This document shows, piece by piece, positions 43,952 to 53,825 of a DNA stretch of 64,000 bases. A program made the position numbers and the translations under genes. The notes under the pieces were generated by a model that searched no databases, was not told the origin of the DNA, and saw nothing but the letters and a program-made list of their open reading frames with translations. The stretch's first letter is position 1. Each line of letters begins with the position of its first letter. The stretch spans positions 1,520-65,519 of the forward strand of contig JBDTNV010000002.1 of assembly GCA_039933555.1 (NCBI GenBank), given 5' to 3'. The stretch comes from Ignavibacteria bacterium (lineage in GTDB: Bacteria > Bacteroidota > Ignavibacteria > Tepidaquicellales > OLB5).

Positions 43952-44686
43952 ATGAGAAAATTAAGCATTTTTCTTTCATTATTACTTGTATTTTTCACAG
44001 TATCGGGTGTAAAAAGCCAGACTGTTGATGAAGTTATCGATAGCCATACAAAAGCAATAGGCGGTTTGGATAAGCTGATGGCTATAAAATCCGTTAAATT
44101 TACGGGTAAATTCTCCGGCGGCGGATTTGAGGTACCGGTTGTAATGACCCTTAAACGCAAAGATATGATGCGCATGGATATCACTTTCCAGGGTAACGCG
44201 CAGATAACAGCTTTTGACGGTACTACTGCTTGGCAGGTAAGTCCGTGGAGCGGGAAAAAAGATGCCGAGAAATTACCAAAGGAATCAGAAAAAGAAATGA
44301 GAAACCAGGCTGATATTGAAGGCGCTTTGGTTAATTATAAAGATAAAGGCTACAAGGCTGAGCTCCTGGGCAAAGAAGATATGGAAGGCTCTGAAGTTTA
44401 CAAAATTAAGCTGACAGATAAAGACGGCGATGTAACAACTTACTATCTCGATACTCAGTCATACCTGATACTTAAGGAAACATCGAAAAGGAAGATAAAA
44501 GAAAAAGAAATTAACGCAGAAACTCTGTATGGAAATTATCAGCAGGTTGAAGGCATTACTTTCCCGATGTCACTTGAAATTAAAGAAGCAGGCAGCCAGG
44601 AAACACAAAAAGGTGTTATGGAAAAAGTCGAGCTCAATGTCAGTGTTGATGATTCATACTTTAAGATGCCGGAAGCAGGAAAATAA
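43952..44686 (+). CDS. Secreted hypothetical protein (possibly LolA-like / lipoprotein-sorting fold)
   Basis: 244 aa with signal peptide MRKLSIFLSLLLVFFTVSGVKSQ. The fold assignment is a weak impression only. Confidence 0.5.
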   Translation: MRKLSIFLSLLLVFFTVSGVKSQTVDEVIDSHTKAIGGLDKLMAIKSVKFTGKFSGGGFEVPVVMTLKRKDMMRMDITFQGNAQITAFDGTTAWQVSPWSGKKDAEKLPKESEKEMRNQADIEGALVNYKDKGYKAELLGKEDMEGSEVYKIKLTDKDGDVTTYYLDTQSYLILKETSKRKIKEKEINAETLYGNYQQVEGITFPMSLEIKEAGSQETQKGVMEKVELNVSVDDSYFKMPEAGK

Positions 44687-44703
44687 ATTTAACTGAATTT
44701 CAT

Positions 44704-44735
44704 AACGCAGAGTATATTAAACTCTGCGTTTTTTG
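44704..44735 (+). terminator. Intrinsic terminator
   Basis: AACGCAGAGT-atattaa-ACTCTGCGTT followed by TTTTTG. Confidence 0.8.
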
Positions 44736-44776
44736 TATCTGCTGAAAATTTTCTTCAATAAATAATAAAATCACAA

Positions 44777-47700
44777 ATGAAGATTTTAAATTTTTTATTC
44801 AGGATCACGAAGCATAAAGCAGGCTTCATACTTGTATCGCTTATACTTATGAGTGGGATAACCAGTTCACAGGTGAAAGTTACATCCGCGTTATTTGGCG
44901 CCTTAAACTCAAGGCAGATTGGACCCGCGCCGATGAGCGGAAGAATTACAGCAATTGACGCGGTAAATTCTGACCCCAGGATTATGTACATTGGCGCTGC
45001 TGGCGGTGGTGTATGGAAAACCATAAACGGAGGCTCTGTATTCAAACCGGTGTTTGATAAATATGCCCAGTCAATTGGCGCAATTACAATAGACCAGAAG
45101 AACCCGAATGTTGTTTGGGTGGGTACGGGTGAATCCAACATGCGCAACAGCGTGACTATTGGCGATGGGCTTTATATGACCGATGACGCTGGCGATAACT
45201 GGAAAAAGGTCGGGCTGGGTAATACCAATCACATTGCAAAAATTGTTATTGACCCATCCAACAGCAGTATTGTATATGTTGCGGCACCGGGTCCATTATG
45301 GGGCGATAGCGAAGACCGCGGGCTTTACAAAACTATTGATGGCGGCACAACCTGGGAAAAAGTTTTATATATAGATGAAAAAACAGGATGCGCTGATGTT
45401 GTTATGGACCCCAAGAATCCGAAAATACTCTATGCATCAATGTGGCAGTTCAGAAGGAAACCGTGGGCATTTTCATCAGGCGGTGAAGGCTCAGGACTTT
45501 ATAAAAGTATTGATGGCGGAGCGAGCTGGGATAGAATTGACCAGTCCTTTGCAGAAGACGGAATACTGGGAAGAATTTGTCTTGCAATATCGCCAACTGA
45601 CCCGAAGAAAATTTACGCAATTGCAGAATCAAAGAATACCGGACTGTATGAATCAAACGATGGCGGTGAGTCATGGAAAAGAAACAGCGCATCAGGTAAT
45701 GTAGTTGCAAGGCCGTTCTATTTCAGTGTACTTGCAGTTGACCCAACAGACGGGAACAGGATATACCGACCCGCATTTTCGCTCTCAATAAGTGATGATG
45801 GCGGGCAGTCATTCCGTGAAGCTTCCAACGAAGGCGGCTGGGTGCATTCAGATCTTCATGCTATATGGATAAATCCAAACAATCCTCAAAATATTTTTCT
45901 AGGTACCGATGGTGGAGTTTATGTTTCGTATGACAGGGGAAATAATTTTACATTCTTAGGTAACCTTCCCGTAGCTCAATATTATCACGTTAACTATGAC
46001 CTCGAAAAACCATTCTATAATGTTTATGGCGGCCTGCAGGATAACGGCTCATGGATTGGGCCATCGAACGCGCCGGGCGGGATTAAGAACAGCGACTGGC
46101 AGTCAATAGGTTTTGGAGACGGCTTCCAGGTAGTGGCTGATCTGGCTGATAACAACATAGTTTACTGGGAATCACAGGGCGGTAATATGTTCGCATATAA
46201 TAAAACCTCCAAAGAAAATAAATCAATGCAGCCGCAGACGCATGATGAAAAAATAAAGCTTCGCTGGAACTGGAACACACCTATACAGCAAAGCACAATA
46301 AATCCGGGTACTATTTATACCGGGTCGCAATTCCTTTACAGAACAAAAAACCAGGGTGATTCCTGGGAGAGGATCTCACCGGACCTCACAACTAATGACC
46401 CTGAGAAGCAGAAGCAGGAAGAATCAGGCGGCTTATCAGTTGATAATTCCTCAGCTGAAAATCACTGTACAATTTTTACTATTTGTGAATCACCCGCCGA
46501 TGCAAATATAATCTGGGTGGGCACTGATGATGGTAATTTACAAGTATCTGCAAATGATGGCGCATCGTGGGAGAATGCCGTAAAAAATATCCCCGGGCTG
46601 CCTAAGAATGCATGGGTATCAGGCATTGACGCCTCTAAGTTTGACAGGAATACTGCATTTGTAACATTTGATAATCATGCACTGGGTGATATGAAAACCT
46701 ATGTATACAAAACTTCAGATCTTGGTAAAACATGGGTATCACTTGTAACAGCGGATCTGAACGGTTACGCGCATAAAGTAAAACAGGATATTGTAAATTC
46801 GAACTTGTTGTTTGTTGGAACAGTATTCGGCTTATACATAAGTATAGATGGCGGCTCAAGCTGGGTACAGTACAATGCCAATGTTCCGAATGTAGAAGTA
46901 CGTGATATAAATATCCACCCTGAAACAAATGACCTGATGATAGCAACACACGGCAGGGGCATTATGATAGTTGATGACTTAACAGGTATAAGGGGTGTTA
47001 CAGCGGATCTGATGAATACAGACGCCTCGTTCCTGCCCACAAGGGATAATTATACATATGGCGGCTTCTTAAACGGCAATTACCCAAACCAGGCAGGCTC
47101 ATTTGTGGGGCCTAACTCAACAGAAGATGCATCAATTATGTATTACCTGAAAGATAGGGTTGTAACCGGAGATGTTAAAGTAGATATATATGACGGTTCA
47201 GGAGCTTTGCTAAAATCTATTCCCGGTACAAAAAGAAAGGGCCTTAACAAAATTACCTGGGATATGCGTGTTAAGCCGCCGAAGGTTGCAAAAGGCATCA
47301 GACCCGATTTCAGTGGTTTCGTTTCGCCATTTGTACCTGAAGGCACATATAAAATGATACTGACTGCGGGAAGTAAAACTTTTGAGGGTTCAATCGAGCT
47401 TAAAATACATCCTTTGTGCAAGCACAGCAGAAGCGATATTGCTCTGCAATATGAAACTTCGATGAAGCTTCTGAAAATGCATGAAGACCTTGCTTTCATT
47501 GTGGAAAATATTGGTAAAGCACAAAAAGATGCGCAGAAACTCATTGATGATTCCCAGGGCGATAAAGCGTTGGCAAAGGAATTTATAGATAAGCTGGAAG
47601 AACTTAGGGTAACGCTTGTTGCAACCAAAGAAGGAAGAATAACAGGAGAAGAGAAATTACGCGAGAAGCTGGGTGAAGTTTATACCAGCGTCACTTTTTA

Positions 47701-47860
47701 TAACGGCAAACCAACGGATTCTTATTTGAACAGAATACCAGGACTTGAAAAGGAAATTTCTGATGCAAATGCAAAAGCTGAAGAAATTTTCGGCAAGTAT
47801 CTTAGCAAGCTGAACATAAAGCTAATTACCCCTGAAGAATTTAAGATGAAAACTCAATAA
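44777..47860 (+). CDS. Sortilin/VPS10-like BNR (Asp-box) repeat protein
   Basis: 1027 aa with a signal peptide and repeated Asp-box motifs (..TDDAGDNWKKV.., ..TIDGGTTWEKV.., ..SIDGGASWDRI.., ..SNDGGESWKR.., ..SDDGGQSF.., ..SIDGGSSW..). Confidence 0.75.
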   Translation: MKILNFLFRITKHKAGFILVSLILMSGITSSQVKVTSALFGALNSRQIGPAPMSGRITAIDAVNSDPRIMYIGAAGGGVWKTINGGSVFKPVFDKYAQSIGAITIDQKNPNVVWVGTGESNMRNSVTIGDGLYMTDDAGDNWKKVGLGNTNHIAKIVIDPSNSSIVYVAAPGPLWGDSEDRGLYKTIDGGTTWEKVLYIDEKTGCADVVMDPKNPKILYASMWQFRRKPWAFSSGGEGSGLYKSIDGGASWDRIDQSFAEDGILGRICLAISPTDPKKIYAIAESKNTGLYESNDGGESWKRNSASGNVVARPFYFSVLAVDPTDGNRIYRPAFSLSISDDGGQSFREASNEGGWVHSDLHAIWINPNNPQNIFLGTDGGVYVSYDRGNNFTFLGNLPVAQYYHVNYDLEKPFYNVYGGLQDNGSWIGPSNAPGGIKNSDWQSIGFGDGFQVVADLADNNIVYWESQGGNMFAYNKTSKENKSMQPQTHDEKIKLRWNWNTPIQQSTINPGTIYTGSQFLYRTKNQGDSWERISPDLTTNDPEKQKQEESGGLSVDNSSAENHCTIFTICESPADANIIWVGTDDGNLQVSANDGASWENAVKNIPGLPKNAWVSGIDASKFDRNTAFVTFDNHALGDMKTYVYKTSDLGKTWVSLVTADLNGYAHKVKQDIVNSNLLFVGTVFGLYISIDGGSSWVQYNANVPNVEVRDINIHPETNDLMIATHGRGIMIVDDLTGIRGVTADLMNTDASFLPTRDNYTYGGFLNGNYPNQAGSFVGPNSTEDASIMYYLKDRVVTGDVKVDIYDGSGALLKSIPGTKRKGLNKITWDMRVKPPKVAKGIRPDFSGFVSPFVPEGTYKMILTAGSKTFEGSIELKIHPLCKHSRSDIALQYETSMKLLKMHEDLAFIVENIGKAQKDAQKLIDDSQGDKALAKEFIDKLEELRVTLVATKEGRITGEEKLREKLGEVYTSVTFYNGKPTDSYLNRIPGLEKEISDANAKAEEIFGKYLSKLNIKLITPEEFKMKTQ

Positions 47861-47877
47861 CTGAAAATTACTGACAC

Positions 47878-47910
47878 AAAAGGCTGAAATTTCCATAATT
47901 TCAGCCTTTT
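47878..47910 (+). terminator. Intrinsic terminator
   Basis: AAAAGGCTGAAAT-ttccata-ATTTCAGCCTTTT (13-bp stem). Confidence 0.7.
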
Positions 47911-47934
47911 GTACTTATGCGGCATCACAATTAT

Positions 47935-47952
47935 ATCTCATATATATGAGAT
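47935..47952. promoter_or_regulatory. Perfect 18-bp palindrome upstream of the histidine kinase gene (candidate operator)
   Basis: ATCTCATATATATGAGAT, 33 nt upstream of ATG 47986. The related half-site CATATATATGTGAGAT is at 51730..51745. Confidence 0.45.
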
Positions 47953-47985
47953 TGAAATAATAGTTATAAGTTCTTAAATTATCAG

Positions 47986-50900
47986 ATGCTAAAGAGCTTC
48001 ATTCTAATAATACTTTTAAATATTGTTAATACTTTTGCCGGTATTAATGATTACAAGTCTGAGCATATTTCCCTTGAAGAAGGAATTTCAAACAACATGA
48101 TATTCAGCATTTACCAGGATTCAAAAGGCTTCTTGTGGTTTGGTACAATGTTCGGGCTGATAAGATATGACGGTATCAACTATACCACTTACAGGTATGA
48201 TCCTAACGATTCAAATTCAATTTCCAATGATGATGTTATTTCTATTTTTGAAGATAAAGATGGTTATTTATGGTTAGGCACGTATTTTGGCGGGTTGAAC
48301 AGGCTGGATAGAAGAACAGGAAAGTTCACGCGCTTTATTCATAATAATGCAGATAACTATTCTCTAAGCGATAACACAGTATGGGTAATTTCCCAGGATA
48401 AAACCGGTAAAATGTGGTTTGGAACAAATGGCGGAGGATTGAATAAATATAAAGATAATAAATTTACTTCCTATAAAAGTGATTCACTGATAACCAATAC
48501 TATTGGCAGTAATACAATTTTTGCTTTGCAAAATGATAATGAAGGCAACCTATGGATCGGGACAGCGGGCGGAGGATTAAATAAGCTGGATTTATCAAAT
48601 GGAATTTTTACAAGATTCAAACGAAATCCAATAGACAGTAATTCAATTAGCGGTAATTCTGTCAGGTCAATATATATAGATAGTATGGGTTATGTGTGGG
48701 CCGGAGCAATGGGTAACGGCCTGAACAGGTTTGATAAGGCAACTGGAAAATTCACAAGATATGCTATTACAGGCAATAGTAAAGACCCTAATAATTCTTC
48801 GGCAAATATATTTTCAATTATTCCCTTAGCTGGAAGTACAAAAGAACTATGGATCTGTACAGGCAGCGGGTTATATTCATTTGATAAAACCTCAGGGGTA
48901 GTGACTTACAACGATATTTACAAGGGTAACAAAACCAAGAACCGGAATATTATCTCAGCATGTCTGGATAGGTCAGGTGTTTTATGGCTTAGCACATACT
49001 TTGAGGGGCTGGATAAATATTACCAAAGTTTTGATAAATTTACTTCCGTTAAATATGAAAATGGCAATACACAGGGATTGAGCGGCAATATTGTCAGATG
49101 CTTTTATGAAGATATAAACCGCAACTTATGGATAGGTACAGTTAACGGTCTCAATAAATATGACAAAATCAAAAATGAGTTTACTTTCTATTTAAAGGAT
49201 GATAAAACGGGCAAAAGTACGATCAATTCAATTAAGAGTGATTCTACCGGTTCACTCTGGTTAGGGACGGATAACGGCTTAATTTATTTTAATCCCGAAA
49301 ATAAAACGGAAAAAGTTTTCAAAAATGAATTAAAAGATGAAAATTCAATCAGCTCAAACAATATTACAAATCTGCTGCCCGCTTCAAATGGCGTATTGTG
49401 GGTGGGAACTAACAACGGGCTGAATAAATTAGAAAATAATAAGATCACCAGATACATAAATAACCCAAATGATTCCAATTCAATAAGTGAAAATTCAATA
49501 CTTGCTCTTTACGAAGATAAAGATAAAAACATCTGGGCGGGCACATATGCCGGGTTGAATAGATTTAATAATGCTTCAAATACATTTACGCATTTCAAAA
49601 AAGACCTGGGTAACCCACAGTCTCTCAGCAATAACTATGTATTCTCGTTCTGCGAAGATTCCGCCGGTAATTTCTGGGTGGGTACCGGCGGAGGTTTGAA
49701 TTTGTTCAACAGGTCAACCGGAACATTTAGGGGCTATACAGAAAAAAACGGCATTTCTAATTCAGTAATCTGCGGTATCTTGCCTGATGTAAACGGTAAT
49801 TTATGGTTAAGTACTAAAAAGGGATTATCGGAATTCAATCCAACTATCGAAACGTTTAAAAACTTTAATTCAGATGACGGGCTCCAGAGCAATATGTTCA
49901 CAGAAGGAGCTTATTTAAAGACAAGTTATAGTGATCTTTACTTCGGCGGTATTAACGGGTTCACATTGTTTAACCCTGATCAATTGAAATATCGTGATTA
50001 CCAGGCTCCTGTTATTTTAACAGCCTTATCGTATTTTTCAGATAAGATGAGCACAACATTGGATATTTCAGGTGTAAATGATGTTGAACTTTCTTATAAT
50101 GATAACATAATTAGTTTTGAATTTGCCTCGTTTGATTATTACTCGCCTAAGAAAAATTCATTTTCATATATGCTTGAAGGTTTTGAGAAAGAATGGAAAA
50201 ACTCCGGGCATATTTCAAAAGCACTTTATACAAACCTTGACCCCGGAAAATATACTTTCAGGGTGAAAGGTACAAATTCCGATGGCATTTGGAGCAATAA
50301 GGAAGCATTCATAACTCTGACCATAACGCCTCCATTCTGGAAAACCTGGTGGTTTTACTCTTTAGTTCTTTTAACTATTGCCGGAATTGTGTTTTTCATA
50401 AGCAGTCAAAGCATCAGGAATAAAGTAAGGGCTATGCTGGAGCTTGAAAAAGCCAGGGAAACTGAGCGGGAAAAAATAAGGCTGGAAGCATCCAGAGATT
50501 ATCATGATGAGCTTGGGCATAAGCTTACAAGGATTTCCATATACTCGCGCAGAATATCGAAGAAGCTTGGCGCAAGCTCAAATGGTATTACGGGTGACCT
50601 TAAAGGAATTATGGATGTATCCGAGAGCCTGCAAAGCGGGGCAAAAGATCTAGTTTGGTCATTAAATCCGGATGAGGACACATTGTACGATTTTGCAGTA
50701 AGGCTGAAAGATTTTGGAAACAGTATCTTTGAAAATACCGGCATTACTTTTACGATGCATGGAATATCTGACGATATGAAAAATATCAAGCTGAACATGA
50801 AAGTAAAAAGACATCTTATTTTTATCTTCAAGGAATCAATGAACAATACACTCAAATATTCACAATGCACGCTGGCAGAACTTACTTTTAATCATAACGG

Positions 50901-51075
50901 TTCTAAGCTTGAAATATCTTTTGATGATAATGGAAAGGGGTTTGATACAGACCAAATATCGGCTGGATACGGGCTTAAAAACATTCACAACAGAGCAAAA
51001 CAGATAAATGCTGATATTGATATTAATTCAGCTCCCGGAACAGGTACAAAAATTAATTTTAAAATAGGTGTATAA
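47986..51075 (+). CDS. Sensor histidine kinase with periplasmic two-component-regulator propeller repeats and a Y_Y_Y domain (HisKA_3 type)
   Basis: 1029 aa. Many ..WFGT..GL.R(Y/F)D.. propeller repeats. Y_Y_Y ..FSYMLEGFEKEWKN..YTNLDPGKYTFRVK.. TM segment WWFYSLVLLTIAGIVFFI. H-box ..DYHDELGHKLTRIS.. HATPase ..DDNGKGF..GYGLKNI.. Confidence 0.85.
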   Translation: MLKSFILIILLNIVNTFAGINDYKSEHISLEEGISNNMIFSIYQDSKGFLWFGTMFGLIRYDGINYTTYRYDPNDSNSISNDDVISIFEDKDGYLWLGTYFGGLNRLDRRTGKFTRFIHNNADNYSLSDNTVWVISQDKTGKMWFGTNGGGLNKYKDNKFTSYKSDSLITNTIGSNTIFALQNDNEGNLWIGTAGGGLNKLDLSNGIFTRFKRNPIDSNSISGNSVRSIYIDSMGYVWAGAMGNGLNRFDKATGKFTRYAITGNSKDPNNSSANIFSIIPLAGSTKELWICTGSGLYSFDKTSGVVTYNDIYKGNKTKNRNIISACLDRSGVLWLSTYFEGLDKYYQSFDKFTSVKYENGNTQGLSGNIVRCFYEDINRNLWIGTVNGLNKYDKIKNEFTFYLKDDKTGKSTINSIKSDSTGSLWLGTDNGLIYFNPENKTEKVFKNELKDENSISSNNITNLLPASNGVLWVGTNNGLNKLENNKITRYINNPNDSNSISENSILALYEDKDKNIWAGTYAGLNRFNNASNTFTHFKKDLGNPQSLSNNYVFSFCEDSAGNFWVGTGGGLNLFNRSTGTFRGYTEKNGISNSVICGILPDVNGNLWLSTKKGLSEFNPTIETFKNFNSDDGLQSNMFTEGAYLKTSYSDLYFGGINGFTLFNPDQLKYRDYQAPVILTALSYFSDKMSTTLDISGVNDVELSYNDNIISFEFASFDYYSPKKNSFSYMLEGFEKEWKNSGHISKALYTNLDPGKYTFRVKGTNSDGIWSNKEAFITLTITPPFWKTWWFYSLVLLTIAGIVFFISSQSIRNKVRAMLELEKARETEREKIRLEASRDYHDELGHKLTRISIYSRRISKKLGASSNGITGDLKGIMDVSESLQSGAKDLVWSLNPDEDTLYDFAVRLKDFGNSIFENTGITFTMHGISDDMKNIKLNMKVKRHLIFIFKESMNNTLKYSQCTLAELTFNHNGSKLEISFDDNGKGFDTDQISAGYGLKNIHNRAKQINADIDINSAPGTGTKINFKIGV

Positions 51076-51696
51076 TTGATAACAGTCGCTATAGTAGAAG
51101 ATGATAAATTTATCAGGGATTCACTGGCAGATATGCTTGGTGAGGCCGAGGGCTTTGAATGTTCAGGCAGGTATATAAATTGCGAAAAAGCAATTGAAGA
51201 CTTCACTCATAACAAGCCCGATGTTATATTAATGGATATAGAGCTTCCTGGTATGTCAGGAATTGAAGGAGTCAAGAGAATAAAAGCAAAGTACCTCAAA
51301 ATTGATATAATTATGCTGAGTGTACACGAAGATATTACAATGATATTTGATGCACTTACCGCCGGAGCAAGCGGTTACCTTGATAAAAGCGCACCGGAAG
51401 AAAAAATACTTGACTCCATAAAAGAGATATATGATGGCGGTGCACCAATGTCATATAAGATCGCGAAACTTGTAGTATCATCATTTCAGAAAAAACCTGA
51501 CTCAGGCTTAACAGAACGGGAACGGGATGTGCTTAATAATCTTTGTAAAGGATATTCATACAAAGAAATTGCTTCAAACCTATTCATTACAGTCGGAACT
51601 GTCCGGCACCATATAAAAAATATTTATTACAAGCTGCAGGTTCATTCCAAATCAGAAGCAGTTGCAAAAGCATTAAAAGACAGGATTATCAACTAA
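51076..51696 (+). CDS. NarL/LuxR-family response regulator
   Basis: 206 aa. A TTG start directly abuts the kinase stop. REC ..VAIVEDD..DVILMDIELPGMSG.. LuxR HTH ..LTERERDVLNNLCKGYSYKEIASNLFITVGTVRHHIKNIYYKLQV.. Confidence 0.9.
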   Translation: MITVAIVEDDKFIRDSLADMLGEAEGFECSGRYINCEKAIEDFTHNKPDVILMDIELPGMSGIEGVKRIKAKYLKIDIIMLSVHEDITMIFDALTAGASGYLDKSAPEEKILDSIKEIYDGGAPMSYKIAKLVVSSFQKKPDSGLTERERDVLNNLCKGYSYKEIASNLFITVGTVRHHIKNIYYKLQVHSKSEAVAKALKDRIIN

Positions 51697-51797
51697 ATCC
51701 ATTATCCTTACTAAACAATTCCCAAAAACCATATATATGTGAGATGTTCATTCCGGGTTTGCATAGTTAACTTGCATAAAATTCAGGAGAACATTAT

Positions 51798-53621
51798 ATG
51801 CAATATCTTAAAACTATTTCGCCTTTCTTACTCGCATTTTTTATTTTCAATACTTCGTCTTTACTTTCCCAATATTTTGTGAAAGTCACAGATGCATCTA
51901 ATCCGGTCGTAGCAGAACCCCTCACAGGCAATTATATCGGCACAAGCTGGGTAGATATTGACAACGATGAAAGGCTTGACCTTTATATTTCCAGGAAAGA
52001 CATTTTCAGGAATCTTGGAAACGGAAATTTTGTAAAGCTTACCAATTCATTTCCGTTTATTGGAACCGTGCTTGGAAATTCGTGGGCTGATTATGATAAT
52101 GACGGATATATAGATGTATTCACTGTTTCAACAAATCAGGCTGCTTCATATTCTCATTTATATAAGAATAACGGTAACGGTACTTTCACAAAAATATTAT
52201 CGGGCTCGATTGCTGACTCAAACGCAAACACAGGCTGGGGCTGTGCATGGGGTGATATTAACAATGATACATATCCAGATCTAGTTATTTCAGTAGCTTC
52301 AGGTTTCGGTGGTGTCTCACACCAAAACCGTTTGTTCTATAATAACGGTAACGGAACCTTTACAAGAATTGATACGACTGATGTCACAGATTCAATTGAC
52401 GCATTTACTGTGCCGGTGTTTTCTGATTATGATCAGGATGGCGATGTTGACCTGTTCTTTGGTACGGGGCCCGCAAATAATATCGGCGGAAAAGATTACC
52501 TTTTCAGGAATTACCTGAAAGAGCAAAACACTCCATATTTCTTTAACAGGATAGATACAGGTATTATTGGCACAGACATAGTTGACGGCCAAAACTGGAA
52601 TTGGATAGATATAGATAATGACGGCGATTTTGATGCATGCCTGACTAATTATTCAAGTAATATCCGGAACAGAATATACCGGTGTGATGGTCCACATTAC
52701 TATACCAAAATGACAAGCGCAGATGTTGGCACAATTGTTAGTGATGCAGGTAACTGGCTTGGAAATACTTGGGGTGATTTTGATAATGACGGCGATCTTG
52801 ACTGCTTCATAACAAATGATGCAGGATTCAGCAGGTATTATTCAAATAACGGAAGTGGTTTCTTTTCAAGGATAGATACGCTTGCTGTAAATATAAACGG
52901 ACAAACTTATGGCGCAGCATCAGCAGACTATGATAATGACGGAGATCTTGACCTGTTTATAGCAGGTACCAATCAAACAAAGGGGCTATACAGAAATGAA
53001 ACCAATAGCAGCAATAAATGGGTAAATATCCATTGCACGGGTTCGGGTCCGGCAGCGGGAATGACAAATAAATCAGCTCTTGGCACAATAGTGAAGATAA
53101 AAGCAATAATAAACGGTATTCCCAAATGGCAGATACGGGAGATAAATTCTCAGAATGGTTTTAATTCGATGAACATGCTAAATGTGCACGCAGGTTTAGG
53201 AGATGCTGCAGTAATGGATTCAGTAATCATTAATTGGGGCGGCGGGTTAACCCAGGTTTTTACGAATGTTGCTGCAAATAAATTCTACAAAATTACTGAA
53301 GGCGGTACATTAACTGAGGTTGTTATAGGTTTAAGTCAGATAAGCACACAAGTGCCGGGTAAATTTGCATTGGAACAAAATTATCCAAACCCCTTCAACC
53401 CGGCTACAAAGATCAAATTTCATGTACCAAAAGCTTCAAATGTTAAGCTAACGATCTTTGATGTTACCGGCAAAACTGTTTCGACCCTTGTGAACGGATA
53501 TTTAAGTGCCGGTACATTTGAAACAGATTTTGAAGGAACAAATCTTTCAAGCGGAATATATTTCTACAGGATAGATGCCATCGGGTTTACAGCTACAAAG
53601 AAAATGTTGTTGATTAAATGA
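51798..53621 (+). CDS. FG-GAP/VCBS repeat protein with ASPIC/UnbV-like region (CRTAC1-like) and T9SS C-terminal sorting domain
   Basis: 607 aa with a signal peptide and repeated ..D.DNDG..D.. motifs. UnbV-like ..INSQNGFNSMNMLNVHAGLG.. CTD ..NYPNPFNPATKIKF...KKMLLIK. AGGAG lies 8 nt upstream of the ATG. Confidence 0.75.
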   Translation: MQYLKTISPFLLAFFIFNTSSLLSQYFVKVTDASNPVVAEPLTGNYIGTSWVDIDNDERLDLYISRKDIFRNLGNGNFVKLTNSFPFIGTVLGNSWADYDNDGYIDVFTVSTNQAASYSHLYKNNGNGTFTKILSGSIADSNANTGWGCAWGDINNDTYPDLVISVASGFGGVSHQNRLFYNNGNGTFTRIDTTDVTDSIDAFTVPVFSDYDQDGDVDLFFGTGPANNIGGKDYLFRNYLKEQNTPYFFNRIDTGIIGTDIVDGQNWNWIDIDNDGDFDACLTNYSSNIRNRIYRCDGPHYYTKMTSADVGTIVSDAGNWLGNTWGDFDNDGDLDCFITNDAGFSRYYSNNGSGFFSRIDTLAVNINGQTYGAASADYDNDGDLDLFIAGTNQTKGLYRNETNSSNKWVNIHCTGSGPAAGMTNKSALGTIVKIKAIINGIPKWQIREINSQNGFNSMNMLNVHAGLGDAAVMDSVIINWGGGLTQVFTNVAANKFYKITEGGTLTEVVIGLSQISTQVPGKFALEQNYPNPFNPATKIKFHVPKASNVKLTIFDVTGKTVSTLVNGYLSAGTFETDFEGTNLSSGIYFYRIDAIGFTATKKMLLIK

Positions 53622-53825
53622 CGTAGTTATTTATGAAACCTTGTTTTTAAGGATGATTAAATAGCGGGTCTATTTTATCAGAAATCCCGCCAGCGGGAGT
53701 GAGTTAAATAAAACTCAATTAATTCTTCAGGCGCCTGTTATGATACGAGGGCGGTCAGGTAATGCTAATATTTAGCCAGGCCTGATTTAATAACAGGCGC
53801 TTTAATTTAAGAAACAATAATACAT

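Noticed and set aside
7196-53621. Repeated ~250-nt similar segments at the 3' ends of several genes, checked as a possible CRISPR-like or tandem-repeat signal
   Set aside because: They are the coding regions of the paralogous T9SS C-terminal sorting domains. They are kilobases apart, lie in frame within long ORFs, and are far from identical. No short regularly spaced direct repeats were seen anywhere in the window.
53731-53800. Integron attC-like site, because of the GTTAT...ATAAC inverted ends
   Set aside because: The ends do not match the RYYYAAC/GTTRRRY core consensus. No integrase or gene cassette array is nearby.
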